From the NCBI GenBank assembly GCA_963701855.1, contig CAVPBK010000006.1:992001-1056000 (forward strand): 64,000 nt of DNA, given 5' to 3'. A program made the position numbers and the translations under genes. Under the pieces are notes generated by a model. The model had not been told where the DNA came from. It saw nothing but the letters and a program-made list of their open reading frames with translations, and did no database searches. Source of the stretch: Nitrospirota bacterium (GTDB lineage: Bacteria > Nitrospirota > Nitrospiria > Nitrospirales > Nitrospiraceae). Shown here piece by piece: positions 31,869-44,847 of this stretch; the stretch's first letter is position 1, and the number at the start of each line of letters is the position of its first letter.

Positions 31869-33035
31869 GTGACAAAAACAATTATTGTTGTTGGCGGCTC
31901 ATTTGCGGGAATCAAGGCCGCATGGGACCTTCGTCATCTTCTTGATGATACACATCGCATTCTGCTGCTTTCCGACCAGCCGCGCACCACCTTCCGGGCA
32001 TCCTTTCCTCGGGTTTTGTTTGAGAACCTCGATCTCGAAAAGATCACCATGAATTTGGCCGAAAACTTCAAAGACACCGGTATTGAGTTCATCTGCGACC
32101 CTCTGGTGTCCGTGGACCAGGAAAACGACGAAATTGTTTGCCAGAGCGGGCGCCGTCACTTTGATTATCTGATCTTGGCGACGGGCGCGCGTCACGCGTA
32201 TGAGGTTCTCCCCGGCTCTCGCGAGTTCGCCTATTCGGTGTGCGATCCAGGAAGAATCCTGGAGACGCGGGAAGCACTGCTCAAATTCACGGGCGGGGAG
32301 GTCTTCGCTGGGGTGGGTGCCGGCTATACCCCTTGCGATGGCCCGCCGATGGAGGTCCTCATGGACTTCGATTACCACCTGCGCACGATGGGGATTAGAG
32401 ACCAGACACGCCTTCATCTTATCAGCGACAAGGAATGTCTTCTGCCGCCAGGCGGGCCAGAAATTTGGCAATACCTGGAAGACCTCTTCGAAAAACGCGG
32501 GATCACCGTCCATCTTGAAGTCGGGCTCGTGCGGTTGGATGGGAAAACGCTGTATTTCAATGATGGGACAACGCAGCCGTATGATTTGTGCATCCTGGTA
32601 CCGCCCTACCGAGGCATCAAGGCGCTAGAAAACTCCGGCCTGACCAACGAACGCGGATTCGTGCCCATGGACTGGAACACCATGCGGGCCGATCAATCGA
32701 TCCACCGAAACATCTATGCGATCGGAGACTGCATCGGCAATCCCGGCCCCAAACAAGGTCACCTGGCCTTGATGCAGGCGACGGTCGCGGCTGAGCATGT
32801 CGCTTGGAGGATCAACCGGGGGGGGCCGGTGAGGGCCTACCTACCTGAATTTCGTTGTGTGATGGACCAGGGAGGTGGAGAGGGGCTATATCTCTATTCT
32901 CAATACATGTCGGACGGCGATGTGTTGGAAATCGAGCTGGGCGCAGAACCGTATGCCTCAAAAATCCGATTCGAAGAATTATTCATGGAGAAGAGAGGCG
33001 ACATCGGAGAACTGCATCATCAGATGATTAAATAG
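31869..33035 (+). CDS. Sulfide:quinone oxidoreductase-like FAD-dependent oxidoreductase
   Basis: VVGGSFAG, FDYLILATG, PCDGPPME and FRCVMD redox cysteines, IYAIGD. Confidence 0.8.
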   Translation: MTKTIIVVGGSFAGIKAAWDLRHLLDDTHRILLLSDQPRTTFRASFPRVLFENLDLEKITMNLAENFKDTGIEFICDPLVSVDQENDEIVCQSGRRHFDYLILATGARHAYEVLPGSREFAYSVCDPGRILETREALLKFTGGEVFAGVGAGYTPCDGPPMEVLMDFDYHLRTMGIRDQTRLHLISDKECLLPPGGPEIWQYLEDLFEKRGITVHLEVGLVRLDGKTLYFNDGTTQPYDLCILVPPYRGIKALENSGLTNERGFVPMDWNTMRADQSIHRNIYAIGDCIGNPGPKQGHLALMQATVAAEHVAWRINRGGPVRAYLPEFRCVMDQGGGEGLYLYSQYMSDGDVLEIELGAEPYASKIRFEELFMEKRGDIGELHHQMIK

Positions 33036-34382
33036 GCATGGCGGGCACACGCCAGAAGCCCATTGTCCGACCGTTGACATCATCATCCGGTCGCCAATGA
33101 TGCTCTGCAGCGATATCATAGCTGGTTTTCCTATCGATCGTCCACGACAAGCCGGGCGCTCCATCTCTCTTGCCGTTCTTTGCGATGACATCCGCCCTGA
33201 CATTACCCTCCGTTTCACTGCTGGTTTTGCTTCAGCTTCCTGGTCCCACGCAATCGCACTCCATTCCATTCTTCAGGAATAATTCTTCAGAGTTTCAACG
33301 CGAACATTGTTCACGGGTCCATACCATTTCACTCTCTCGTTTTCTCTACTCTTCGCTCTTCTCAGACAAAGACATGCCTGCTTTCTAAAGCGACTCATTG
33401 TGTGCGTCTCCCCATGGCACGCACCCAACGCAGCAGTTAAGGATATTCGAGCAATGAGAAGGTGAGTCGAACGGGCTGCCCCGCGCGTTCTCTCAACCAA
33501 CTCACGGTGTCACCCACGTTATGGGACAGGACCGTGGCCATCAGCGAGACGATCTTCTCACTAGGGCTGATAACAATATAGATCGTGCCTGGCGCACTGG
33601 AGGCAAGCAGCGATTCCGTAGGGCGGTCTGCTGCCACACATATTCGCTGATAGGCCAGGCGTTCTTCCGTCCTGCTATAGGGACTGTGCGTTGTGGTTGG
33701 CCCGGAGACGCAGCGCTACGGCTACCCCTATTCTGTGGCGTGTTTCAGTTCGACATATAAATCTGAGAGCTGACCGCGGACTTCGTGGCATGCACGTTTG
33801 CGCGGATGGGGGGAGGCAATTACCGCATATGCCATCATGCTCGGATACAGAATCATGAGCAGAGAGACAAGCATCGAAAGCCACAGCTACCGGAGGCGAG
33901 CCTGTGGCTGGCAGGCGACCTGCATGGTAGGCAGCACACCAATCATGCTCATCAGTAACCACCACCCCGCATCTCCGAGATACCAGTGGTCGACGTAATA
34001 CTGATTGTCACGGTGGATGCGAATCCATATCGGGAGGTCCGTTCCCCCCACGGCGATCGCGAGCAGAGGGAACGCGGTAGTGATGAGGGCCAGCGTCACC
34101 CGCAGAACCGTTTGGGGTTTGATGTGTCATGAACTCATCTACGAGAACTCTAGCAGAGCGTGGTTATGTGACAAATCAGAAAGCCAAAACACGATTGTCC
34201 TTTTACCGCATTGGCGAGCTAACTCCATCCCGAAAGCGCGTGAGATGGTGAGACTGACCATACAGCATCAGACCAATTTCGAGTCTCTTTCTTAAGGAAC
34301 AGCTGGGCGATTTCGTTCGTAACTCCATGGAACGGGCCCAGTCTCTCTTCTGCCACGATGGGTTGTGAATAGGTTCAGAGGG

Positions 34383-37300
34383 TTATGCTCTGTCCGACGG
34401 TCTAGCGGTCTGTCCAAATTTAAAGTGAGGCACAACACCCTGCCTCGCGAACTTCGCTTCAGTCAAGGAGCAAAACCGCAGTCTTACACGATCGAGGTAG
34501 AGATAGACGATCGGTGTCGTGTACAGCGTGAGCAGTTGGCTGACAAGCAGGCCACCCACTATTGCAATGCCGAGTGGCCGCCGTAGCTCTGATCCCACCC
34601 CCGACCCGATTGCCAGAGGCAATGCCCCCAACAACGCCGCCATGGTCGTCATCATGATCGGCCGGAAGCGCATCAGACAAGCTTCATAGATTGCATCCTC
34701 CGGCGATTTCCCTTCTTTCCGCTCCGCCTCCAACGCGAAGTCGATCATCATAATGGCATTCTTCTTCACAATCCCGATCAGCAGAATGATACCGATCAAC
34801 GCGATCATGCTCAGTTCGGTCTTGAAGAGGAGCAGCGCGAGCAGTGCCCCGACTCCTGCGGACGGGATCGTGGACAGAATCGTGAGCGGGTGAATATAGC
34901 TCTCATAGAGGATTCCAAGCACAATATAGACTGTGATCAATGCCGCGAGGATCAGCAGCGGCTGATTCTCCAGCGAAGCTTGGAAGGCCTTGGCCGTACC
35001 CTGGAAACTGCCCCGGATGCCGCCCGGCAGACCGATGTCCCGCATGGATTTCTCAATCGCCTGCACGGCCTCACTGAGCGATGCGCCCGGTGCCATATTG
35101 AACGACAGGGTGATGCCCGGAAACTGCCCCTGATGATTGACGGATAAGAGCATTGAGGTGGGTTCATAGTGTGCCACCGTACTCAACGGTACCTGCATTC
35201 CGGCCGGCGACCGCACATAGATATCATTCAGCGCGGCGGAACTCTGCAAAAACTGCGGCGCGACTTCCATCACGACGTGATATTGGTTGAGCGGGGTGTA
35301 CATGATCGATACCTGCCTCTGACCGAAGGCATCATAGAGGGTGTCGTCGATGAGCTGCGGGCTGAGGCCCAGCCGCGAGGCGGTGCTTCGGTCGAATACA
35401 ACCAGCGATTGCAGGCCCTTGTCTTGTTGATCGCTGTTCACATCCACGATCTCCGGCAGGGTGCGCAACTGGCGCTCGACCCTTGGCGCCCAGGTACTGA
35501 GTTCAGCGAGATCGACGCTCTGCAGGGTGTACTGATATTGCGCGCTGCTGGCACGCCCGCCGATCCGCAAATCCTGGACCACCTGCAGATAGGTCGGCGC
35601 GCCCGGCACCTTGGCAAGTTTGCCGCGCAGCCTGGCGATCACTTGATCGGCGCTGAGGAGCCGTTCTTCGAGCGGCTTCAAGGAGATGAACATACGCCCG
35701 GTGTTGGTCGTGCTTCCTCCCCCGCCCCCAGTGAACCCCATCACATTATCTACGGCAGGATCGCTCTGGATGATTTCCACCACCTCGGTCAGCTTCTGGC
35801 GCATGGCTTGAAACGAAATATCCTGCGAGGCCTGGATGTTGCCGCTCAGGCGACCGGTGTCCTGCTGGGGGAAGAAGCCTTTGGGAATGATGACGTAGAG
35901 GTAGATGCTGACACCCATGGTGGCCAGCGTCACAGCGAGCATGCTGCGAGGATGCCGCAGGATCCAGGTGAGGCTCGTCGCGTAGCCGCCACGCATCCCT
36001 TCGAAGACCCGCTCGCTCATCCGGTACCACCATCCATGGGAGGAATTCTGTTCCGGTTTCAGCAGTAGGGCACACATCATGGGGGTCGTAGTGAGCGACA
36101 CCACGAGCGAGACGATGATGGCCACGGAGAGCGTCACCGCAAATTCGCGGAACAACCGCCCGACCATTCCACCCATCAACAAGATAGGGAGGAACACCGC
36201 CACGAGGGAGAGGCTCATCGAGAGGACCGTGAAGGTAATCTCTTTCGCTCCACGCAATGCCGCTTGGAACGGCGGGATCCCTTGTTCGCGATACCGACTG
36301 ATATTCTCCAAGACGACGATTGCATCGTCCACGACGAAGCCGGTCGCGATAGTGAGCGCCATGAGCGAGAGATTATCCAAACTATACCCGCAGAGGTACA
36401 GGACGCCGAACGTCGAGATCAGCGAGACCGGTACCGCGACGATGGGGACGAGGGTCGCGCGCGTACTTCGGAGGAACATAAACACCACCAGGATGACGAG
36501 AGCCACGGAAATGGCGAGGGTCCGTTCGACGTCGTGCAGCGAGGCACGGATGACCGGGGTTCGGTCCATCACCACTGAGAGTGTCATGCTGCCGGGAATC
36601 GAGGCCTCCAGTTGCGGGAGCAGCGCGCGGACCCGATCCACCGTCTCGATAATATTCGCCCCCGGCTGCCGAAAAATGACGACGAGCACCGCCGGTTTGC
36701 CGTTCGCCGTTCCCGTTGCCCGCAAGTCCTCGACCGAATTTTCGACGGTCGCGACGTCAGACAGCTGCACCGCTCGACCTTCCCGGAACGCCACGACCAA
36801 GGGCAGATAGTCCTCAGCGGTATCGAGCTGATCGTTGGACCTGATCTCCCATGTGCGGGATCCGTCCGTCAGCTGACCTTTCGGCCGATTCACGTTGGTG
36901 CCACTCAGCATTCTGCGGACATCTCCCAGCCCGACCCCATACTTGTTCAGCGCGGTGGGATTGAGATCGACGCGGACAGCCGGGAGCGAGCCGCCTCCCA
37001 CGTTTACCTGCCCAACCCCTTCGACCTGTGAGAGTTTCTGCTGGAGAATGCTCGACGCGGCGTCGTACATCTTGCCCCGGCCGACGATCTCCGAGGTCAC
37101 TGCAAGGATCAGCACCGGGGCGTCGGCCGGATTGACTTTGCGATACTTTGGACTGCTCGGAAGAATTGCCGGAAGATCGGCACGCGCCGCGTTGATCGCC
37201 GCTTGGACGTCACGGGCGGCGCCATCGATGTCGCGGCTCAGTTCGAACTGTAAGGTGACGCTCGTGGACCCAAGTGTGCTATTGGAGGTCATTTCAGTTA

Positions 37301-37529
37301 CGCCCGCGATGCGGGTGAACTGACGCTCCAGTGGAGCCGCGATTGAGGTGGCCATGGTCTCGGGGCTGGCGCCCGGCAGATTCGCCGAGACGTTGATCGT
37401 CGGAAACTCTACTTCCGGGAGGGCGGCCACGGGAAGAAGTCGAAAGGCCACCACTCCGATTAGCGTGACGCCGATCGTCAACAACGTGGTGGCGACGGGA
37501 CGATGAATGAACGTAGCCGAAATGTTCAT
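34383..37529 (-). CDS. mdtC: RND efflux permease MdtC
   Basis: [38 protein letters not shown]; second of a tandem RND pair. Confidence 0.9.
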   Translation of the reverse strand: MNISATFIHRPVATTLLTIGVTLIGVVAFRLLPVAALPEVEFPTINVSANLPGASPETMATSIAAPLERQFTRIAGVTEMTSNSTLGSTSVTLQFELSRDIDGAARDVQAAINAARADLPAILPSSPKYRKVNPADAPVLILAVTSEIVGRGKMYDAASSILQQKLSQVEGVGQVNVGGGSLPAVRVDLNPTALNKYGVGLGDVRRMLSGTNVNRPKGQLTDGSRTWEIRSNDQLDTAEDYLPLVVAFREGRAVQLSDVATVENSVEDLRATGTANGKPAVLVVIFRQPGANIIETVDRVRALLPQLEASIPGSMTLSVVMDRTPVIRASLHDVERTLAISVALVILVVFMFLRSTRATLVPIVAVPVSLISTFGVLYLCGYSLDNLSLMALTIATGFVVDDAIVVLENISRYREQGIPPFQAALRGAKEITFTVLSMSLSLVAVFLPILLMGGMVGRLFREFAVTLSVAIIVSLVVSLTTTPMMCALLLKPEQNSSHGWWYRMSERVFEGMRGGYATSLTWILRHPRSMLAVTLATMGVSIYLYVIIPKGFFPQQDTGRLSGNIQASQDISFQAMRQKLTEVVEIIQSDPAVDNVMGFTGGGGGSTTNTGRMFISLKPLEERLLSADQVIARLRGKLAKVPGAPTYLQVVQDLRIGGRASSAQYQYTLQSVDLAELSTWAPRVERQLRTLPEIVDVNSDQQDKGLQSLVVFDRSTASRLGLSPQLIDDTLYDAFGQRQVSIMYTPLNQYHVVMEVAPQFLQSSAALNDIYVRSPAGMQVPLSTVAHYEPTSMLLSVNHQGQFPGITLSFNMAPGASLSEAVQAIEKSMRDIGLPGGIRGSFQGTAKAFQASLENQPLLILAALITVYIVLGILYESYIHPLTILSTIPSAGVGALLALLLFKTELSMIALIGIILLIGIVKKNAIMMIDFALEAERKEGKSPEDAIYEACLMRFRPIMMTTMAALLGALPLAIGSGVGSELRRPLGIAIVGGLLVSQLLTLYTTPIVYLYLDRVRLRFCSLTEAKFARQGVVPHFKFGQTARPSDRA

Positions 37530-40500
37530 ACCGAACCAGGCTCGATGGCTTCATGACTCGCGGTTGAGGATCGGCGCTCCCCCATCCGTCGGGCCAATCG
37601 GTCGAACGCGAGGTACACCACCGGTGTCGTATAGAGTGTCAGTACCTGACTGACGATCAACCCGCCGACGATGGCAATACCGAGCGGTCGCCGCAATTCC
37701 GATCCGACACCCGTACTCATGGCCAGCGGCAACGCGCCAAGTAAGGCCGCCATCGTCGTCATCATAATAGGCCTAAACCGGAGCAAGCAGGCCTCATAGA
37801 TCGCCTCCTCCGGCCGTTTCCCTTCCTTGCGCTCCGCTTCCAGCGCAAAGTCGATCATCATAATGGCGTTCTTCTTCACGATCCCGATCAGTAGCACGAT
37901 GCCGATCAGTGCGATTACACTGAACTCAGTCCGGAAGAGCATCAGTGCGAGAAGCGCCCCAACCCCCGCGGACGGCAACGTGGAGAGAATCGTCAGAGGA
38001 TGAATATAGCTTTCGTACAGAATCCCGAGCACGATGTAGACGGTGATCAGCGCGGCGAGAATCAGCCACGGCTGGTTCTCCAGCGAAACCTGGAAAGCTT
38101 GGGCTGTGCCCTGAAAACTGCCCCGGATACTAGTCGGAAGATTGATCTCCTGAGTGGTCCGCTCGATTGCCGTGACCGCGTCACCGAGCGAGCCGCCCGG
38201 CGCAAGATTAAACGAGAGCGTGACCGCAGGGAACTGCCCCTGACGGCTCACCACAAGCGGGGTCGTGGTTTCCGCCACCTGGGTGAACACGTTCAAGGGC
38301 ACCTGGCCTCCGCTGAGGGACCGGACATCGAGATACTGCAACGCCCGCGGACCCTGTTGAAACTCCGGCATCACTTCCAGCACGACACGATACTGGTTCA
38401 ACTGGGTAAACATTGTGGACACCTGCCGCTGGCCGAATGCATCGTACAGCGTATCGACAATGACTTGCGGGGTGATGCCCATGCGCGACGCTGTGTTGCG
38501 GTCGATGACGAGCATGGATGCGAGCCCTTGATCTTGTTGATCGCTGCTCACGTCGCGTAGCTCGGGAAGCGTCTGCAAGACCTCGACGAGCTTCGGCGCC
38601 CACCGGTTCAACTCCTCGGGATCCGCGTCTTCGAGGGTGTACTGATACTGCGTCCGGCTCACGCGATCCTCCACCGTAAGGTCCTGCACTGGCTGCAGGA
38701 ACAAGGCAATCCCATCGACCCTGGTCAGTTTCGATTGCAGGCGGTGGATGACGTCGCCGGCACTGATCCTCCGCTCGCCGAGCGGCTTTAAGTTGATCTG
38801 GATACGCCCGCTGTTAAGGGTACTGTTCGTACCATCCACCCCGATGAACGAGGAGAGACTGGCGACGGCGGGATCGGTCAAGATCATGGCCGCCAACGCC
38901 TGCTGCCGTTCGACCATTGCCGAGAACGAAATCGATTGGGGGGCTTCGGAGATGCCCAGAATCACACCCGTGTCCTGACTAGGAAAGAAACCCTTGGGTA
39001 CGACGACATAGAGCAGGAGGGTGAGGATCAACGTGCCCATCGCTACGGCCAGCGTAGCTGGTTGATGGTTCAAGACCCACCGCAGCGTCGTACCATAGGC
39101 CGCGATGCTCCGGTCGAACACCTCTTGGGAGACGCGATAGAACCTGCCGTGATCCGACTTCGTGGTGTGGCGCAGCAATCTGGCGCACATCATCGGGGTC
39201 AGCGTCAGTGAAACCACGGCCGAAATGAGGATCGTGACACTGAGCGTGAGAGCAAACTCGCGGAACAACCGGCCTACCACATCGCCCATGAACAGGAGCG
39301 GAATCAACACAGCGATGAGCGAAATGGTCAGGGAGAGAATCGTAAATGCAATCTGCTTGGATCCCTTGAGCGCGGCCTGAAGCGGCGAGTCGCCTTTCTC
39401 GATGTATCGTGCGATGTTTTCGATCATCACAATTGCATCGTCCACCACGAAGCCTGTCGAGATCGTGAGTGCCATCAACGTCAGATTGTTCAGGCTGAAC
39501 CCCATCAGATACATGATCCCGAAGGTACCGACCAGGGACAACGGCACGGCCGCGGCGGGAATGACGGTGGCGGAGAGGGTGCGGAGGAATAGGAAGATCA
39601 CCATGGTCACCAGCGCGACCGCCAGCATCAGTTCAAACTGCACGTCTCGAACCGACGCGCGAATGGAAATCGTGCGATCCGTCAGCACGGTCACCTGGAC
39701 GGACGATGGCAGCGCGCTTTGCAACTGTGGCAGTAGTTTCTTAATGCGGTCCACCACGTCGATGACATTGGCGCCCGGTTGACGCTGGATGTTGACGATC
39801 ACCGCCGGATCCTCGTTCATCCAGGCCGCCTGTTTGACGTTCTCCACATCGTCGATCACAGTCGCGACGTCGGACAGATGCACCGGCGCGCCGTTGCGGT
39901 AGGTGACGATCAGCGGCTGATATTCTTTGCTCGAGAGCAGCTGATCCGTCGCATTGATGATAGAGGCCCGTTTCGGGCCATCGAACGTGCCCTTTGCTTG
40001 ATTGACATTCGCTGCGGCCACGGCGACGCGCAGATCCTCCAGCGTGAGCCCATAAGCCGACAAGGCTCTCGGATTTGCCTGAATCCGCACAGCCGGACGC
40101 TGTCCGCCACTGATGCTCACGAGCCCAACGCCGGACAATTGCGAAATCTTCTGAGCGAACCGGGTTTCAGCGAGATCTTCTACCTGAGACAGAGGTAGGG
40201 TGTCAGACGTCAGCGCCAGCGTCAGGATCGGCGCATCCGCGGGGTTGACCTTGCTGTAGACGGGAGGGCTCGGCAGATCGCGCGGCAAAAATGTCGAGGC
40301 CCCATTGATGGCGGCCTGCACCTCCTGCTCTGCGATGTCCAGGTTGATCTCCAAACTAAATTGCAGCGTGATGACCGAACTGCCGCCGGAACTGGTGGAC
40401 GTCATCTGATTCAACCCAGGCATCTGCCCGAACTGGCGTTCTAATGGTGCCGTGACGGAGGACGCCATCACGTCCGGACTTGCGCCTGGGTAGAAGGTGA

Positions 40501-40642
40501 GCACCTGAATGGTTGGGTAATCGACTTGGGGAAGAGCCGAAACCGGCAGCTGTCGATAGGCAATGATACCGGCGAGCAGAATGGCGGCCATCAACAGGGC
40601 TGTTGCCACAGGCCGCAGGATGAACAGACGCGACGGATTCAC
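37526..40642 (-). CDS. mdtB: RND efflux permease MdtB
   Basis: [26 protein letters not shown]. Confidence 0.92.
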   Translation of the reverse strand: MNPSRLFILRPVATALLMAAILLAGIIAYRQLPVSALPQVDYPTIQVLTFYPGASPDVMASSVTAPLERQFGQMPGLNQMTSTSSGGSSVITLQFSLEINLDIAEQEVQAAINGASTFLPRDLPSPPVYSKVNPADAPILTLALTSDTLPLSQVEDLAETRFAQKISQLSGVGLVSISGGQRPAVRIQANPRALSAYGLTLEDLRVAVAAANVNQAKGTFDGPKRASIINATDQLLSSKEYQPLIVTYRNGAPVHLSDVATVIDDVENVKQAAWMNEDPAVIVNIQRQPGANVIDVVDRIKKLLPQLQSALPSSVQVTVLTDRTISIRASVRDVQFELMLAVALVTMVIFLFLRTLSATVIPAAAVPLSLVGTFGIMYLMGFSLNNLTLMALTISTGFVVDDAIVMIENIARYIEKGDSPLQAALKGSKQIAFTILSLTISLIAVLIPLLFMGDVVGRLFREFALTLSVTILISAVVSLTLTPMMCARLLRHTTKSDHGRFYRVSQEVFDRSIAAYGTTLRWVLNHQPATLAVAMGTLILTLLLYVVVPKGFFPSQDTGVILGISEAPQSISFSAMVERQQALAAMILTDPAVASLSSFIGVDGTNSTLNSGRIQINLKPLGERRISAGDVIHRLQSKLTRVDGIALFLQPVQDLTVEDRVSRTQYQYTLEDADPEELNRWAPKLVEVLQTLPELRDVSSDQQDQGLASMLVIDRNTASRMGITPQVIVDTLYDAFGQRQVSTMFTQLNQYRVVLEVMPEFQQGPRALQYLDVRSLSGGQVPLNVFTQVAETTTPLVVSRQGQFPAVTLSFNLAPGGSLGDAVTAIERTTQEINLPTSIRGSFQGTAQAFQVSLENQPWLILAALITVYIVLGILYESYIHPLTILSTLPSAGVGALLALMLFRTEFSVIALIGIVLLIGIVKKNAIMMIDFALEAERKEGKRPEEAIYEACLLRFRPIMMTTMAALLGALPLAMSTGVGSELRRPLGIAIVGGLIVSQVLTLYTTPVVYLAFDRLARRMGERRSSTASHEAIEPGSV

Positions 40643-41949
40643 GGCCGCGCCCCGCTTCCTGGCTTCTCGGCCCCTTGGGACGGCTGATCGATTCCGCCTT
40701 GTCCTGGTACCCGCGAGTCGTTCTGGCGCTGGACTTCTACCTTGCTCCCTTCCCGCAGTTTCTCAGTGCCATCAACCACGACAAGTTCATCGGGAGACAG
40801 GCCCGTATCAATGGACGCCTCCTCTCCATGGCTGGCCCCCACCGTGACAGGTCGCACGCCCACTGTCCGGTCGGCATGTACCACATATACGAATGTCCCC
40901 TTCGGCCCTCGCTGCACGGCAGCCGACGGTACGACTGTGGTGCCGCGTTTGACGTCCAACAGCAGGCGGGCATTGACGAACTGATTGGGGAACAACTCAC
41001 TGTCGTCGTTCGGGAATACCGCTTTCAGCCGCACCGTCCCGGTATTCGGATCGATCTGGTTGTCCACCGTCAGCAAGGTTCCTGTGGCCAGCTTTCGCTT
41101 CTGCTCCCGATCAAACGCTTCGACCGTCAACGATTGCCCGGTTCTGAGCTTCTCCATTACGGCGGGGAGACTATCTTCAGCGATGGTGAAGACCACGGTA
41201 ATCGGTTGAAGTTGCGTGATGACCAACAGCCCATTGGCATCGTTCGCATGGACCAGGTTGCCCTGATCTACAATCCGCAACCCGATCCGTCCATTGATGG
41301 GAGCGGTGATGCGGGAATACGTGATCTGCAGCTTCGCGTTGTCGATCTGCCCCTGATCGACCTGGACCATCCCTTCCAGCTGGCGGACCAACGCCTCTTG
41401 GGTATCGAGTTGCTGCTTGGGAATAAATCCCTGCTGCAACAGTCCACGATATCGTTCGAGGTCGACTTGGGCATTTCTCAGTTGAGACCGGTCGCGCGCC
41501 ATCTGTCCTTCGGCCTGGGTGAGTTGCACCTGAAATGGGCGCGGATCGATTTCGGCCAGCAGGTCTCCGCTGCGGACAATCTGGCCTTCTTTAAACCGTA
41601 CGTGCATGAGTTGCCCGTCGACGCGACTCCTCACCGTCACGGTATTGAGCGGAATGACCGACCCAAGTCCGTTGAGATAGACGCTGATGTCGCCGATTTT
41701 CGCAGTCGCTGCCACAACCGGCATGGTGCGCGCCGCTTGAGGATTCGCTCCTTGACCTGCCGCGCGCAATTGCGTCTCGTCGGACTTCGTCAGCAGGGCA
41801 TATCCGGCGACGGCAAGAACACAGGCCACGAAGAGCCCGAGCACCCAACGTTTGAGCGACTTGGCAAAACCCATTGAATCTGGCATCTCGGTCTTCTCTG
41901 GTTCTTGGGGCATTGTCGTCATCATGATCCTGCGAAACGAGCGTAACAC
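40639..41949 (-). CDS. mdtA: RND membrane fusion protein MdtA (start uncertain)
   Basis: [34 protein letters not shown]. Confidence 0.9.
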   Translation of the reverse strand: MLRSFRRIMMTTMPQEPEKTEMPDSMGFAKSLKRWVLGLFVACVLAVAGYALLTKSDETQLRAAGQGANPQAARTMPVVAATAKIGDISVYLNGLGSVIPLNTVTVRSRVDGQLMHVRFKEGQIVRSGDLLAEIDPRPFQVQLTQAEGQMARDRSQLRNAQVDLERYRGLLQQGFIPKQQLDTQEALVRQLEGMVQVDQGQIDNAKLQITYSRITAPINGRIGLRIVDQGNLVHANDANGLLVITQLQPITVVFTIAEDSLPAVMEKLRTGQSLTVEAFDREQKRKLATGTLLTVDNQIDPNTGTVRLKAVFPNDDSELFPNQFVNARLLLDVKRGTTVVPSAAVQRGPKGTFVYVVHADRTVGVRPVTVGASHGEEASIDTGLSPDELVVVDGTEKLREGSKVEVQRQNDSRVPGQGGIDQPSQGAEKPGSGARP

Positions 41950-41964
41950 CGAACGGCGAGCCTC

Positions 41965-42405
41965 CTACTTCATCAATTTCAGCTGCTCCTGGGTGGTGTG
42001 CAAGTAGTCGCGCGAAACCTGCCAGTGCCGTTGGAGTTTGGCATAGAGCCCATCCAACTTTTCTTGCTGTTCCCCAGACAACTTGGTCTTAATCTCGGCC
42101 ATTCCTTGAGTCAAAGCCTGCTCGACTTCCGGTTGATGCGCAAATCGCAATTGTAGGATTTCTACATGAGCCCGGCTGATTATCGGCTCAATGTCGGCTT
42201 GCTGCGCCGGCGTCAAGGTCAACTCGTGAGTCAGGCGCTTCATGATTCGCTCGTGCTTCGCGGCCGGGCCTCGCTCCCATCGATGTTCCTGTTCGTATTG
42301 GTGGTAGAGGGTGGTTCCGGCAATTCCCGTCAGCGCTCCCGCGATGAACAAGACCACGAGTCCACCCCACAATTTCCCTGATACCATGACCGCGTCCTCC
42401 TCCAT
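41965..42405 (-). CDS. Membrane-anchored periplasmic Spy/heavy-metal-sensor-like protein
   Basis: TM then LTLTPAQQ and LSGEQQ (LTxxQ) motifs. Confidence 0.7.
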   Translation of the reverse strand: MEEDAVMVSGKLWGGLVVLFIAGALTGIAGTTLYHQYEQEHRWERGPAAKHERIMKRLTHELTLTPAQQADIEPIISRAHVEILQLRFAHQPEVEQALTQGMAEIKTKLSGEQQEKLDGLYAKLQRHWQVSRDYLHTTQEQLKLMK

Positions 42406-42413
42406 CCTCCGAC

Positions 42414-42731
42414 CTACTCGCTGAGCGGCATCACCACATCGAGCTCATTCGACAGTAACGCGGTGAGTTCGACTGCATCCCGGTTGGTGTAGAACAACAC
42501 GGAGCTGGTAAAGACCAGAGCCAGTACGGCGGCCACTGCCGCTGTTCTCCACACAAGCCGATCGAGCCCCAGCGCCATCATCGATTGCCCGTGTCCGTTG
42601 GCTTCGCGGCGGACGTCCTGCATGAGACGGAAGGTCCAGTCGGCACCGAGCGACGGCACCTGGCGCGAGCGATGGGCCTCCGTCAACGCGCGCTCTACTT
42701 TTTTGAGGTTGTCATCGTTGAGTAGTGTCAT
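42414..42731 (-). CDS. Putative single-TM anti-sigma factor
   Basis: Overlaps the ECF sigma 3' end; one TM helix. Confidence 0.65.
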   Translation of the reverse strand: MTLLNDDNLKKVERALTEAHRSRQVPSLGADWTFRLMQDVRREANGHGQSMMALGLDRLVWRTAAVAAVLALVFTSSVLFYTNRDAVELTALLSNELDVVMPLSE

Positions 42732-43398
42732 CTTCCTGTCGTGTCCTTTCGAGTAGTAGTGTGCGGAGGATCTGTCGGGCTCGATGTGCCCGCACCTTGA
42801 CGTTGACCACGCTCCAGCCCAACAGTCCGGCTGCTTCGCGAACGGAGTAGCCATCAAGATGGACCAGCGTCAGTACGAGGCGGTTTTCAGCCGAAAGATG
42901 ACCCAAGGCCCATTGCAGCAACTCCGCCGCTTCCTGCTTCCTGGCCTGTTCACAAAACTGGGCGTCGGATTCCGCCGCCAGCGCATGGTCCATCCAGGCC
43001 TGATGTTCCGTGGCTAACGCGCTCACCGGGAGTTCCTCTCGACGCCTCGCTCGCCAGAAGTCATAGCACGTCCGGACGGCGATACCGGACAACCAGTGTT
43101 CGAACGGGGTCTGCCCAGAAAAGCTCGATAAGCTGGTGTAGGCTCGGACGAAGACGTCATGAGCGACCTCCGCCACTCGATCAGTCGGCACATGCCGATT
43201 CGTGATTTTCGCGACGTGCTGCTGATACCGCGCGATCAGCTCCGCAAAAGAGTCGATCTCTCCATGCAATACCCGCCAGATAATCTCATGATCATCGGAC
43301 ACCAGAATCTGCACTCCAATGAAGTCGAGGCACTCCGTTGCCGCGTGCCCAGGCATTGCATCATACCCCTCATCTGCTGATGCGACCACACCAGTCAC
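42712..43398 (-). CDS. ECF RNA polymerase sigma factor (start uncertain)
   Basis: AHDVFVRAY, WLSGIAVR, GYSVREAAGLLG..VKVRAHRAR. Confidence 0.92.
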   Translation of the reverse strand: MTGVVASADEGYDAMPGHAATECLDFIGVQILVSDDHEIIWRVLHGEIDSFAELIARYQQHVAKITNRHVPTDRVAEVAHDVFVRAYTSLSSFSGQTPFEHWLSGIAVRTCYDFWRARRREELPVSALATEHQAWMDHALAAESDAQFCEQARKQEAAELLQWALGHLSAENRLVLTLVHLDGYSVREAAGLLGWSVVNVKVRAHRARQILRTLLLERTRQEDDTTQR

Positions 43399-43436
43399 GG
43401 ATAAACACCCGTGGTGTCGTCAGGCGACCCCATGGC

Positions 43437-44054
43437 TTAGCCGGCCTGTAGACCGTTCTCAGCATCATGTGGGGTACTCTCCGATGCCGGAGTCATCCCT
43501 TCGGCGGTCTGCTCCGGATCAGCTGCGTCCATTCCCTGACTGCTGAACATGCGGGCACGATGCGTCTGCCGCATCTGGTTCCGCAAGGCTTTCTGTTTCT
43601 CACGCTGTACGGGGGTCAACACTCCGTAGAGATCGCGCTTGGCTTTGATCCCCATGAAACTCAGCGTGGCTTCGAACGATTCGCGTTCTTTGACCTTCGC
43701 TTCGATGACGGACAGCTCCGTCTTTTCATCCGCTACGAGCGCCCGGAGCTCCCGCTCCGCCACCTGCACATCCGCGTGAGCCCGAATCCGTGCGCGGTCC
43801 TGGTCAAGAGCGAGAACCTTCAGCTTCGTGACTTGGTCGTCCGTCAGGCCGAGGTCCTGTTGATGCTTGAGGAGGTTGCGAAGGAGATGTGACGTCATGC
43901 CTCCGTGACCCGACATGTCGTGCCGAGCCATGCCGAACGCATGGCCACCACCCCTGCAGGCCGTCCCCCCGTCCGCCCAGGCGGATGGAGTCGCCATTCC
44001 CAACAGCATCGTGCCTGCCGCAACCCCGAGAAGTATTTTCATTCCACGCTTCAT
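43437..44054 (-). CDS. Spy/CpxP-family periplasmic protein
   Basis: Signal peptide, His/Met-rich segment, LGLTDDQ and VLTPVQ. Confidence 0.85.
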   Translation of the reverse strand: MKRGMKILLGVAAGTMLLGMATPSAWADGGTACRGGGHAFGMARHDMSGHGGMTSHLLRNLLKHQQDLGLTDDQVTKLKVLALDQDRARIRAHADVQVAERELRALVADEKTELSVIEAKVKERESFEATLSFMGIKAKRDLYGVLTPVQREKQKALRNQMRQTHRARMFSSQGMDAADPEQTAEGMTPASESTPHDAENGLQAG

Positions 44055-44128
44055 AGGATCCTCCTTGATGAAAAAGAATGCCTGTGGGACCAACTCGTCC
44101 ATGTTGCTACTTCACCCCTTATCCATCA

Positions 44129-44156
44129 AGTCGCTCCAACAAAGAAAAAGGTTACA
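44129..44156 (-). promoter_or_regulatory. Putative ECF-sigma promoter
   Basis: Minus strand TGTAAC-N17-CGACT upstream of the Spy-ECF-mdt operon. Confidence 0.6.
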
Positions 44157-44847
44157 CACGCTGGCCAGCCGGAGCCGGGACGCGAAGGGCGCGCAAGGCA
44201 ATCTAGTAGAACCCTATGATTGACAAAGGAATTGTCACTATCAGTCATTCCCACCGTCAGTTTGCCTCAATAATCTGATTAGTCTTTTTCAGGCGAGACT
44301 GAGCCGTCTACTCCGGTGTCGCCTCATGTCCTCCTCCCGCAGTCATAGCACAGACACATTTCACTTGCGGAATTGATCAGCCAATACGTGGCATTCGCGG
44401 ACGACCCGCAGAGGGAAAACCTGTTTCCCTGATCATGCTGCGGTGGGGGACAGTGGAAAGTGAGTGTTAGCAGGGTGAGCTCTCAAGATCTTGGAGGCTG
44501 AAATTCTCGCAGGTTTTGTGGACAGCCGACCAGCGGTTTAGGAATGGAAGCAAGACGATTTTTAAAAGGCTCGGTGTTTCATAATGGTTTCCCCGTTTCT
44601 TAGTTGAATACCGAGACTTAGGAATATTACAGCCGTTCCACTGATTCCATGGATTCTCATCAATTCAGGCAGCTTTTAACACAAATTTAGCACAGCTCAA
44701 TACCATACAGTATAAGCGCCTCAGTACCTCCATTAATCGATAAGCCCAACCGACGGACCTTCAGCTCGCGGAGGCAGCAACGGCACTGCACTCCACCAAA
44801 AAGGCGGTGACCACCCCCATGCCCGGGTAAGTAGCGCGTGCACCAGC

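Noticed and set aside
34205..34275. Possible riboswitch-like hairpin (CCATC…GAAA…GATGG)
   Set aside because: No full match to a riboswitch family I can support without a covariance-model search
40675..41877. Long plus-strand ORFs opposite mdtA/B/C (also opposite atpA, atpD, fmt)
   Set aside because: Antisense shadows of well-supported genes
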